From Longimicrobiales bacterium (GTDB lineage Bacteria > Gemmatimonadota > Gemmatimonadetes > Longimicrobiales > Gaopeijiaceae), in contig OY730414.1 of the NCBI GenBank assembly GCA_963422615.1, positions 1 to 64,000 of the forward strand: DNA of 64,000 nt, in the 5' to 3' direction. How positions within the stretch are numbered: position 1 is the first letter of the stretch; the number at the start of each line of letters is the position of its first letter. Below are positions 11,251-20,186 of this stretch, in pieces. The translations under genes and the position numbers were made by a program. Under the pieces are notes generated by a model. That model was not told the origin of the DNA and made no database searches. It saw only the letters and a list, made by a program, of their open reading frames with translations.

Positions 11251-11622
11251 CTAGTGGGGCTGTTTTGGCCCGGGCATCCGCTTTTCCTTGATCCGGGCAG
11301 CCTTGCCGCGCAGGCCCCTCAGGTAGTAGAGCTTCGCCCGGCGGACTCTCCCGCGCCGAACGACTTCGACCCCACCGACGGTGGGCGCGTTCACAGGAAA
11401 GATCCGCTCCACTCCGATTCCGCCCGACAGCTTACGGACGGTGAAGGTTTCGCCCATCCCGGAGCCCCGACGGCCGAGGCAAACGCCTTCGAAGACCTGG
11501 ACCCTCTCCTTCTGCCCCTCCCGGACCCGGTACAGGACCTTGATCGTGTCGCCCGGAGCAAATTCCGGAAGGTCGTCGCGCCGGGCGTGTTCCATCTCAA
11601 GCTGGTGGAGGATGTCCGCCAT
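11251..11622 (-). CDS. rplS: 50S ribosomal protein L19
   Basis: [31 protein letters not shown]. Confidence 0.98.
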   Translation of the reverse strand: MADILHQLEMEHARRDDLPEFAPGDTIKVLYRVREGQKERVQVFEGVCLGRRGSGMGETFTVRKLSGGIGVERIFPVNAPTVGGVEVVRRGRVRRAKLYYLRGLRGKAARIKEKRMPGPKQPH

Positions 11623-11817
11623 GGCCGGGCCTCCTCATGTCGCAATCGCGACCGTTTGTTTACGAAACAGGTTAGCCCTGGAAGATAGGTCAATTTCCGT
11701 TTACTCGGAAGCCTGTTCGCATGCGGGGCAATCCCCTCGTGGGGAGCTTTGCAACCTTTCCGCTCCGGGGAACGTCATAGGTCACAAAACGACGCACTTC
11801 GGACTGGAGGCCGGTTC

Positions 11818-12381
11818 ATGAGAAGGATCGGAACGGACATGATCGCGCTCGGGGCGATCCTTGGAAGCACGACCGTAGCCTTTGCCGCCACTCGGGCTCT
11901 GACCGACGACGGGACGAGCCGGGAAATGGGGGCCGAGGTGGAAGCCGGTTCGTTCGTGATCGTGGCCGACGATTTCCAGGTGTCTGCCAAGGCGGGCAGG
12001 ATCCGGGAACGACCCGGAGCCAGCGTGCGCATCAAGGTTTTCCGGGAGCGGGCCGAAGAAGCGCGCCAGCGGGCCCGGCAGGTGCACGAACGGGCCACCC
12101 AGGCCAGGGAACGGACCGAGCAGGTGCGCGAACGGGCGGCACAAGCTCGAAAGCGAGCCGAACAGGCCAGGGAGCGAGCGGAACGGCTCCACCACCAGCA
12201 ACATGAGGTGACAGCCGCCGAAGTCTTCGAGAAAATGTCCCGCGTCTTCGAACACCGCAGGGGGGAGCTGGAGGAATGGACGGGCGAGGGGGTCGGTGTC
12301 AAGGCGCGGGACCTTGAAGCGCTCCTGGAAGCGCTGCGCAGTAGTCTGGAGAGGATGAACCCGGGAGACGGCAACGAGTAG
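11818..12381 (+). CDS. Hypothetical protein with N-terminal hydrophobic segment and heptad coiled-coil repeats
   Basis: GGAGG upstream of ATG; RAEQARE-like 7-aa repeats. Confidence 0.6.
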   Translation: MRRIGTDMIALGAILGSTTVAFAATRALTDDGTSREMGAEVEAGSFVIVADDFQVSAKAGRIRERPGASVRIKVFRERAEEARQRARQVHERATQARERTEQVRERAAQARKRAEQARERAERLHHQQHEVTAAEVFEKMSRVFEHRRGELEEWTGEGVGVKARDLEALLEALRSSLERMNPGDGNE

Positions 12382-12568
12382 GCGAACCAACGCCAAGGGC
12401 CAAATCCCGGCCACCCGGGGTCCCGCAGACCAGCTTGCCGCCTACCCGGAGAGTTAGACCAACCTGCCGCCGTGAGCAACGCCAAGTTAGTTTCGAGGGT
12501 ACGGCCTGCGGCTCTACCTTGAGTCCCCTTTGCGGCATTCAAGTCCCCTTAAGCGGCACCCACGCCCG

Positions 12569-13360
12569 ATGCTGTTGAACTCGTACCGAACCCGCGGAGT
12601 CAACTTCGCTTTTCTGGTGGGGCCTCCCCGGACCCTCACTCGCCAGACCGGAATGGAAATCCATGGCGCCGTCTGTGAGGCCCTCGGGGTGGACGACATC
12701 TCCTTCCAGTACTCCCCCGGCAAGAATCAACCCGGCGCTACCGCGTTCACGATCCACCTGGGACGGGAACAGGATCGGCAGAAACTGGTCGTCGAGATCA
12801 ACGGTCCGGTTCAGAAGACCCCGATCCGCCTCTTTTTCGGCTACGACTGGCCGGAGTCGACCCAGCTGGTATTCCAGGACTTCGACCTCATGTGCGAAGC
12901 CGTGTTCAGCGTTCTGGGAGACGACTGGCAGCGGGTTCTAGCCGAAGCCAGGGTTCGAGGACAGGCCCACGCGAGAGGGGACTCCGCGGTTTCGTTTCTG
13001 AGTCGAAACGTCGTGCGACTTCCCGAAAGCGACAGGGGCGGTCCCGACGGCAAGCCATCTTTCGTCGCCCTGAAGTATGAGACCACCGCCACGGATTTTC
13101 CCAGTGGAGATCCCCTCGCGAGCCCCAAGCGGGACGTCTCGGTGGAAGTGCTTCGAAACGATCCGCGCTGCATCTATGTCGAGGTGATGTCGCAGTGGCC
13201 CCAACTCGCCCTGTCGCCCGGCGGAGCTGTACAGATCGATCCTGCGAAAATCAGGACCTTTCAGTCCCCCCCGAGCGAGTATCTGAAAGACACCTTGGAG
13301 TACACGGAGTCCGTGGTTCTGCCGTTTCTTGAACCGAGCGGGCCGAAGAAGCAGCCGTAG
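12569..13360 (+). CDS. Hypothetical protein
   Basis: Long ORF with globular composition; no family recognised. Confidence 0.7.
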   Translation: MLLNSYRTRGVNFAFLVGPPRTLTRQTGMEIHGAVCEALGVDDISFQYSPGKNQPGATAFTIHLGREQDRQKLVVEINGPVQKTPIRLFFGYDWPESTQLVFQDFDLMCEAVFSVLGDDWQRVLAEARVRGQAHARGDSAVSFLSRNVVRLPESDRGGPDGKPSFVALKYETTATDFPSGDPLASPKRDVSVEVLRNDPRCIYVEVMSQWPQLALSPGGAVQIDPAKIRTFQSPPSEYLKDTLEYTESVVLPFLEPSGPKKQP

Positions 13361-13441
13361 AGTAGCCCCCGGGCCCGGAGGACCGGAGAGAAAGTAGGCC
13401 GGGCCGTCCGGAGGACCGGTCGAATCCGGGCTACCAGCGAA

Positions 13442-14113
13442 TTAGGGGTGCTCCCGCCGAGCTTCCGTCAGCCGCTTCGACTGGGCGTCGCGCCAGGCTT
13501 CGATTCGGCGGTGGTCGCCGCCTCTGAGCACTTCCGGAACCTCTAGGCCCCGGTAGTCCGCCGGTCTCGTGTACGACGGCGCCGAGATCACGTCCTCTTC
13601 GTAGAACGAATCGGATGACGCAGACTCATGATCTCCTAGAACACCGGGCAGGAGCCGCACGATGGCGTCGGCCAGGGCCAGGGCGCCCACTTCCCCGCCG
13701 GAGACGACGAAGGGACCGATGGACAGTTCCTCCGTCGCGAGGTGCTCCGCGACCCGCTGGTCCACATCCTTGTAGTGCCCGCAGAGGAAAGTGACTTCAG
13801 GCTGCAGGGAAAGGCGCACCGCATCGTCGTGACCGAACTGCCTTCCCCTCGCCGAAAGGAGCACGATGGGTCCCCGGGGGCTCAAGTCGTCGATGGCTTC
13901 GAAGAAGGGTTCGGGCTTCAGGACCATTCCGGCACCGCCGCCGTAGGGTTGATCGTCCACGGTTCGGTGCCGATCGTGGGTATAGTCCCGCAGGTCCGTC
14001 ACCCGGTAGGAGACCAAACCCGCCCGGGCAGCCCGTCCGGGGATACTCACGCCCAAGGGCACATCGAAAAACCCGGGGAAGAGGGTCACGATGTTGATCT
14101 TCGTCTTCGTCAC
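13442..14113 (-). CDS. trmD: tRNA (guanine-N1)-methyltransferase
   Basis: VDDQPYGGGAGMVLKPEP, CGHYKDVDQR, YTRP. Confidence 0.96.
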   Translation of the reverse strand: MTKTKINIVTLFPGFFDVPLGVSIPGRAARAGLVSYRVTDLRDYTHDRHRTVDDQPYGGGAGMVLKPEPFFEAIDDLSPRGPIVLLSARGRQFGHDDAVRLSLQPEVTFLCGHYKDVDQRVAEHLATEELSIGPFVVSGGEVGALALADAIVRLLPGVLGDHESASSDSFYEEDVISAPSYTRPADYRGLEVPEVLRGGDHRRIEAWRDAQSKRLTEARREHP

Positions 14114-14649
14114 TGGAGCAGTCCCTCCGGCGGATCGACGACGACCCGGCGCTGCTCCCGATCAAACGCGATCACAACGCCCGGAGCCAGCGAAAGCAAG
14201 ACGCTTCCCGATGGTCCGGTCACCTCCAGCAGGTGGGCTGGCTGGAGCGGATAGACCTCCTTCACGGTACCCAGGGCGGTTCCCTCCCCCGTCACCACCC
14301 GGGATCCCAAGAGCTCGTGGTAGAAGACCTCTCCCTCCTTCAGGTCATCCATGGCTTCAAAGGGCCGGAACAGGTAACGTCCCTGCAACCCCTTTGCCCG
14401 GTCTCGGTCAACCTGGTCGAACTTTACCAGAAACCCCTTCCGGTACGGACGAACGGAGTCAATGGTCAGCGGGGGAAGGGACGTGGAAGGGTCGTTTCCC
14501 TCTTCATCGCCGGGAAAATGAACAATCCCGGGGGCGAAATGGCTCCCAGGGTAATCCGTCAGCGGCCAGACGAAGAGCTCCCCCTTCTTCCCATGGGCCC
14601 GGTTCAGGTGCCCGACTACGAGGAAGGGAGGATGGGCGTCAGCCGCCAC
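14110..14649 (-). CDS. rimM: Ribosome maturation factor RimM
   Basis: VVGHLNRAHGKKGE, FYHELLG, DPPEGLL; between rpsP and trmD; GTG start overlapping the rpsP end. Confidence 0.9.
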   Translation of the reverse strand: MAADAHPPFLVVGHLNRAHGKKGELFVWPLTDYPGSHFAPGIVHFPGDEEGNDPSTSLPPLTIDSVRPYRKGFLVKFDQVDRDRAKGLQGRYLFRPFEAMDDLKEGEVFYHELLGSRVVTGEGTALGTVKEVYPLQPAHLLEVTGPSGSVLLSLAPGVVIAFDREQRRVVVDPPEGLLQ

Positions 14650-15055
14650 CCGCCACCGGGTCGGGGGAATCGGCCGCTTGGGCGCCGACCCCTTGGGACC
14701 CCTCCGGCCCGGAGCCCTGGTCGCCCGACCCGGCGTCTTCTCCCGCTGCGGCCGCATCGCCGGACCCCGTCCCACCGTTCTCCCCGACCCGGTCCAGGGC
14801 GACGACCTCATTGCCACCGGATCGGGCCTTGGACACCAGGCTGGCCACCGTCCCAGAGATCACCGCCCCCTTCCCCAGCCAGTAGTCCAGCCGTTCCAGA
14901 TCGACTCTCATCCGGGCCGGACTGGGCAACGGGTTGTAGTACCCCAGGTTCTCGACGAAGCGGCCGTCCCGGGGGGAACGGCCGTCTGCCACGACGATAC
15001 GGTAATGGGGCTGCTTCTTTTTTCCCATGCGCCGAAGACGAATTCTTACAGACAT
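14639..15055 (-). CDS. rpsP: 30S ribosomal protein S16 with low-complexity C-terminal extension
   Basis: VRIRLRRMGKKKQPHYRIVVADGRSPRDGRFVENLGYYNP. Confidence 0.97.
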   Translation of the reverse strand: MSVRIRLRRMGKKKQPHYRIVVADGRSPRDGRFVENLGYYNPLPSPARMRVDLERLDYWLGKGAVISGTVASLVSKARSGGNEVVALDRVGENGGTGSGDAAAAGEDAGSGDQGSGPEGSQGVGAQAADSPDPVAGGG

Positions 15056-15080
15056 ATTGCCCAGTTCTGCCTTTCGTAAG

Positions 15081-16388
15081 TCACGTACGGGGCATCAGCC
15101 CCTTCACTTGTCTCATCATTTCTTCCATCCCTTTGAACCGCTTCATGAGCTGGTTCACTTCGAATACGGGCCGACCGCTTCCGCGGGCAATCCGCCTTCT
15201 CCGGGATCTGTTCAGGATTTCGGGACGACGGCGCTCCTCGGGCGTCATGGACAGAATGATCGCTTCGACGTGTTTCATCTTGTCGAGATTCACGCCTCCG
15301 GCAGGAAGGCTCCGAGACACCCCGGGAATCAACCGGATCAGCTGGTCCAGCGGTCCCATTTTCTGCATCTGTCGCATGGCGACGAGGAAGTCCTCCAGCG
15401 TGAAGCGCCCTCGGCCAAGCACCTTCTGCTGAAGTGCCTCGGCCTCCTGGGCGTCTACCGCCGCCTCTGCCCGCTCTACCAGACCGACCACGTCCCCCAT
15501 TTGCAGAATGCGCCCGGCAATCCGGTCAGGATCCACGGCCTCCAGGTCGTTCACTCCCTCACCCGTTCCCACGAACTTGAGGGGCTTCCCCGTAACGCCG
15601 CGAATGGAGAGGGCCGCGCCGCCCCGGGCATCTCCATCCATCTTGGTCAGGACGAAGCCCGTGACGTCCAGAACGGCATCGAAGCCCTCGGCAATCCGCA
15701 CCGCCTCCTGTCCGGTCATGGCGTCGGCGACGAGCAGGATTTCCCTGGGGTCCAACGCCCGCTTGAGCCGCACCAACTCCTTCATCATCGAACGGTCGAT
15801 CTGAAGTCGTCCGGCCGTATCGACGATCAGCACCGAAGTCCGTTCGCGGCGGGCGCGGCGAAGGCTCTTGCGAGCCACTTTGAGCGGATCCGTGGCACCG
15901 TCTTCATAGTGCACCGGAACCCCAGCCCGTTTGCCCAAAACCCTGAGCTGTTCGACCGCTGCCGGCCGGTACAGGTCACAGGCGGCCAAAAGGGTGGACC
16001 GGCCCCGGCGGGCGAGGCGCCTCGCGAGCTTGGCCGCCGTCGCCGTCTTCCCCGACCCCTGGAGGCCCACCAGCAGGATGACCGTGGGCGGCCCGGACGA
16101 CCACTGGAGCTTCGTCTCGCCTTCGCCACCGACGAGCGTCGCCAGCTCGTCATGGACGATCTTCACGACCTGCTGGCCCGGCGAAACCGACTTGACCACC
16201 CGTTCCCCCAGAGCCTTTTCCTGAACCCGGCTCAGGAACTCCCGCGTGACGCGGAAGTTGACGTCGGCTTCCAGGAGGACCCGCCGCACCTCCCGAAGGC
16301 CTTCCCTGATCATGGGTTCCGTGAGAAGCCCCCGCTGGCGGAAGCGCCCCAGCACCCTGTCCAGCTTCTTGCTCAGGTCTTCGAACAT
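15081..16388 (-). CDS. ffh: Signal recognition particle protein
   Basis: GLQGSGKT, DTAGR, TKMDGDARGGAALS, SMTPEER. Confidence 0.98.
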   Translation of the reverse strand: MFEDLSKKLDRVLGRFRQRGLLTEPMIREGLREVRRVLLEADVNFRVTREFLSRVQEKALGERVVKSVSPGQQVVKIVHDELATLVGGEGETKLQWSSGPPTVILLVGLQGSGKTATAAKLARRLARRGRSTLLAACDLYRPAAVEQLRVLGKRAGVPVHYEDGATDPLKVARKSLRRARRERTSVLIVDTAGRLQIDRSMMKELVRLKRALDPREILLVADAMTGQEAVRIAEGFDAVLDVTGFVLTKMDGDARGGAALSIRGVTGKPLKFVGTGEGVNDLEAVDPDRIAGRILQMGDVVGLVERAEAAVDAQEAEALQQKVLGRGRFTLEDFLVAMRQMQKMGPLDQLIRLIPGVSRSLPAGGVNLDKMKHVEAIILSMTPEERRRPEILNRSRRRRIARGSGRPVFEVNQLMKRFKGMEEMMRQVKGLMPRT

Positions 16389-16558
16389 CCGACCTCGTTA
16401 CGACCCGGTAGGAGAAAATCGCGAGTATTCGCCAGAGACTCGTAGGAATGTGCAGGAAATGCCGGGGGATTCAAGCCTGGAGGGCTGGCAGGAGGCGGCC
16501 GTTGTCCCGCCCAGCGGGTCCATCGCCGGGATCCGGACGGAAATGCTCGCACCGCCTG

Positions 16559-17848
16559 TCAGACTCGATGAATCACCTGGTTTCGGCGGACTCCCACCGA
16601 CACCATGACAATGGGGACCCCGACCAGCGCTTCAATGCGGCCCAGGAAGACCCGCGCGCTGGCAGGCAGGTCGCCCCAAGATCTGGCCTCCGTCGTCGGA
16701 GCCAGCCACCCGGGAAGGGTCTCGTACACGGGTTCGGCACTCCCCAGCTCCCGGACGCTAGCCGGGAACGGGCCGTACGCCTCCCTGACCCGGCGGTACC
16801 CCGTCGCAATCTTCAGCTCGGGCAAGGTGTCCAGCACATCCAGCTTGGTGACGGCGATCCCGGTGAGGCCGTTGACCCGGGCCGCATATCCCGCCAGGGC
16901 CGCGTCGAACCAGCCGCATCGCCGGGGCCGCCCCGTGGTCGCGCCGTATTCGCAGCCCAGTTCCCGCACCCGGGCATTCATCTCCTCACCAAAGGCGGTG
17001 GGAAGAGGACCGTTCCCGACCCGGGTCGTGTACGCCTTGACCACACCCACGACGGAGTCGATGGCCGTGGGACCGATTCCCACGCCTGCCGCCGCGGCGC
17101 CTGCCGTGGTGTTGGACGAGGTCACGTACGGATAGGTCCCGTGATCCACATCCAGGGCCGTTCCCTGGGCCCCCTCCAGAAGGACCCGCTTGCCCGCCGC
17201 CAGCGATCTGGCAATCTCGTGCCCGACGTCGATGGCCACGGACGGCAATCGACTCGCCGCCGCAAGGGCACTTCTCGTGGTTCCGGCCAAACGGGGATCT
17301 GCACCCAGCTCCCGAAGTCGGACTCGGGTTCGCTCCACGCCGCCACGCACCGCCTCTTCCGCAAGGCTCGGGTCCAATAGGTCCCCGATGCGGACGCCCC
17401 TCCGGCCCGTCTTGTCCTCGTACGCCGGGCCGATTCCCCTGCCCGTGGTCCCGATCTTCCGGGCTGCCGTCTTTTCCAGGGCCCGGTCCAGGGCCTTGTG
17501 GTACGGGAAAACGATGTGGGCCCGGAGGCTCACCCCGACCCGGCCTTCCGGCTCCACGCCCCGCTGGGTCAGATGGTCAAGTTCGGCAAAGAACTGGCCG
17601 GTGTCCACGACAACGCCGTTTCCCAGAAGACACCGCTTCCCGGGGCGAAGAATCCCCGAAGGGATCTGGTGAAGCACGAATTGCCGATCGCCGACGTGAA
17701 CGGTGTGTCCGGCGTTGGCACCGCCTTGATATCGGGCGATGACGTCGGCATCCCCGGCAAGGACATCCACGACCTTGCCCTTCCCTTCGTCCCCCCACTG
17801 GCAACCCACGACAACGGTACACGAGCCGGACAACGGAGCCTCTGTCAT
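16559..17848 (-). CDS. purA: Adenylosuccinate synthetase
   Basis: QWGDEGKGK, GGANAGHT, EGAQG, GATTGRPRRCGWFD; ATGA overlap with upstream gene. Confidence 0.97.
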   Translation of the reverse strand: MTEAPLSGSCTVVVGCQWGDEGKGKVVDVLAGDADVIARYQGGANAGHTVHVGDRQFVLHQIPSGILRPGKRCLLGNGVVVDTGQFFAELDHLTQRGVEPEGRVGVSLRAHIVFPYHKALDRALEKTAARKIGTTGRGIGPAYEDKTGRRGVRIGDLLDPSLAEEAVRGGVERTRVRLRELGADPRLAGTTRSALAAASRLPSVAIDVGHEIARSLAAGKRVLLEGAQGTALDVDHGTYPYVTSSNTTAGAAAAGVGIGPTAIDSVVGVVKAYTTRVGNGPLPTAFGEEMNARVRELGCEYGATTGRPRRCGWFDAALAGYAARVNGLTGIAVTKLDVLDTLPELKIATGYRRVREAYGPFPASVRELGSAEPVYETLPGWLAPTTEARSWGDLPASARVFLGRIEALVGVPIVMVSVGVRRNQVIHRV

Positions 17849-18765
17849 CCGGGAGGCCGAGCCATCGGTCCGGCGGGGGCGAGCCCAGCCTTTGCCAGCA
17901 ACGATGCCACCTCCTTCCGCCCGGCCGGGGGGAGAGGACGAAGCGGAGGCCGCGGGGGGCCTCCCCGATATCCCATCAGGTCCAGAGCCCACTTGACCCC
18001 GGGCACACCCATGCCGCCGACCACGGCGTTGTGCAGGGGACCCAGTCGCTCCTGAACCGCACCTGCGCCCGAAGCGTCCCCCGCCAAGAAGCGGGCGTGG
18101 ACCTGCGCGCATTCCCCAGGCGCGAAGTTGGCGAGCCCCAGGATCCCGCCCACCGCACCGGCTTCCAGGGAGGCGTACAGCAGACTCCCGCTCCCGACGA
18201 GCACCTGAAAGTCGCGGACGGTTTGGGTAACCAGCTCCCCCACCCGCTCCAGCTTCCCCCGAGAATCCTTGATTCCGATGATGTTGGGGTGAACTGACAG
18301 CTGGGCGACCAAACCGGAGGGAAAGTCCAGGGTGCTGAACCGGGTCGGGACCTGGTACAGGATCACCGGAAGAGCGCAGGCGTCGGCAACGGCCCGGTAG
18401 TGATCCCGAACCACGGCGGGGGTCATGGCGCTCTTGTAGAAGGCGGGAGGCTGCACCAGCAAGGCGTCGTAGCCCAGAGCGGCGGCCCGATCGGAGAGGC
18501 GCAGGGTGGCGCGCAGGGACTCCGCACCGGTGCCGGCGACGAGGAGATGCCCTTCGGGCGAGCTCTCCCGCACCGCTTCCCACGCCGCACAGCGTTCGCT
18601 TTCGTCAAGGAGAACGGCTTCACCGGTGGAACCGCCGACGACGAAGCCGCGAATGCCGGTCTTCGCCCACTTGCGGACGTTCTCGCAGAGCCCGGCCAGG
18701 TCCACATCTCCGGTGACGGGGTCGAAGGGGGTGGTGGCGGGGATCATTACACCGCTGACGTCGAT
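17845..18765 (-). CDS. DapA/HOGA-like dihydrodipicolinate synthase family aldolase; first ATG at 18747, probable start at ATC 18765
   Basis: GSTGE, ILYQVP, IIGIKDS motifs. Confidence 0.88.
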   Translation of the reverse strand: MDVSGVMIPATTPFDPVTGDVDLAGLCENVRKWAKTGIRGFVVGGSTGEAVLLDESERCAAWEAVRESSPEGHLLVAGTGAESLRATLRLSDRAAALGYDALLVQPPAFYKSAMTPAVVRDHYRAVADACALPVILYQVPTRFSTLDFPSGLVAQLSVHPNIIGIKDSRGKLERVGELVTQTVRDFQVLVGSGSLLYASLEAGAVGGILGLANFAPGECAQVHARFLAGDASGAGAVQERLGPLHNAVVGGMGVPGVKWALDLMGYRGGPPRPPLRPLPPAGRKEVASLLAKAGLAPAGPMARPPG

Positions 18766-18789
18766 GGGAGCCTCCGGGTCAAAGTGGGG

Positions 18790-19887
18790 CTAGCGGGAAG
18801 AAGTCGGGGACGACGGGACACCCAAGGGACGAACCCTCGTCTTCGAAGCGCCGGGAGGGTACAGCCCCGCCCTCTCTCTGACGAGGGCAAGGGTCTCCCC
18901 GGCCATGGACCGGGCCCTCTCCGCCATCTCCGCGATGCGACCGTCCAAGTCGCTCTCTCGCCGAAGGATATCCGCTCTGCGGTCGCGCATTTCGGCCGTG
19001 AGGGCCACAAGCGCGTCCCCGGTCCTGGCCTTGAGGTCCACGTAGCGGAGGGTGCCGGCAAAGTACGCCTCCCGCATTCCGTCCGCCTCGGCCGGGTGGC
19101 CGCCCGCCGCCAGCAGGGTCAGGAGGTTTTCGACGCCCGGGCTGACTTCTCCCCTCGTTGCGGCGCCTGAATCCGTAACCGCCGAGCGAATCTTCCGCCG
19201 AACCAACGCCTCGTCTTCGAAGAGGCCGATGTAGTGCTTGGGGCCCAGGCTCTTGCTCATTTTCTTGGTAGGGTCCGCCGTGGAAAGCAGTCTCGGGACC
19301 GGCGTGTGCAAGGTCTCGGGCTCCGGGAAGACGTGGCCGAAGCGGGCGTTGAAGCGGCGGGCAAGCCCTCGGCTCAGCTCCAGGTGCTGGGACTGGTCCT
19401 GCCCTACAGGTACGTGGTGGGCCCGATACGCCAGGATGTCCGCCGCCTGAAGGACCGGGTAGAAGAGCAGCCCGGAGGAAACGAAGGAACCTTCGCCTTG
19501 GGCAGGGGCACCTCCTTTGAGCAGGCTCGCCTTGAGCAGGCTCGACTTTTCCTTGAACTGGGTCATTCGGCCCAGGTCCCCAAGGGAAGTGAGGGTCGCC
19601 AGAATCCAGCAAAGCTCGGTGTGCTCCGGCACGGTGGACTGAATGAAAACCGTGGCCCGATCGGGATCGATCCCCGCAGCCAATAGACTCACGAACATCT
19701 CCCTGGCCTCCCGCCGCAGCTCCGCCGGGTCGTACGGGGCGGTCATGGCGTGGAGATCCACGACGCAGTATACGCCCTCGTACTCGTCTTGGAGCCGAAC
19801 CCAGTTCTGAACGGCACCGAAGTAGTTCCCGAGGGTCAGGACCGCTGTGGGCTGGATGCCCGAAAAGACTCGTTTGCGGGAGGCCAT
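18790..19887 (-). CDS. trpS: Tryptophan--tRNA ligase
   Basis: FSGIQPT..LTLGNY, YPVLQAADIL, VPVGQDQ, KKMSKS. Confidence 0.97.
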   Translation of the reverse strand: MASRKRVFSGIQPTAVLTLGNYFGAVQNWVRLQDEYEGVYCVVDLHAMTAPYDPAELRREAREMFVSLLAAGIDPDRATVFIQSTVPEHTELCWILATLTSLGDLGRMTQFKEKSSLLKASLLKGGAPAQGEGSFVSSGLLFYPVLQAADILAYRAHHVPVGQDQSQHLELSRGLARRFNARFGHVFPEPETLHTPVPRLLSTADPTKKMSKSLGPKHYIGLFEDEALVRRKIRSAVTDSGAATRGEVSPGVENLLTLLAAGGHPAEADGMREAYFAGTLRYVDLKARTGDALVALTAEMRDRRADILRRESDLDGRIAEMAERARSMAGETLALVRERAGLYPPGASKTRVRPLGVPSSPTSSR

Positions 19888-20186
19888 GGCCGGAATTTCT
19901 CGCTACCCGGGAAATGGGGATATGGTATTTTGGAAAAGGACTTCCGACACCATTCATGAGGCTTGCCGGAGCGAACATGGCTTCGGGGGCCAGCGGCTTC
20001 CAGGCTTCTCTCAAGGAAGCGCGGGGAGGGGCCTTGGAAAAGCGACGAACGCCCAAACGGGGGCCCCTCATGCTCCCCTGGGAAACGGCCGCCCCAAGCG
20101 GCTCCGTTTGAATGTAGCGTAGGACGCCTCGGAAGTTGGACTTTTGTCCCCCCAGTCGGACCCTATCCCCCGGGATTTGATCGCCT

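Noticed and set aside
16389..16558. Possible SRP RNA near ffh
   Set aside because: No conserved SRP domain IV motif seen
17848..18583. Apparent 244-aa N-terminal extension of PurA
   Set aside because: Overlaps the DapA-like gene in another frame; the ATG at 17848 fits an ATGA junction
19517..19544. Short tandem duplication in trpS (SLLK repeated)
   Set aside because: In frame, in a variable loop; no sign of function
19888..20186. Possible T-box or attenuator upstream of trpS
   Set aside because: No T-box consensus or Trp-rich leader peptide seen
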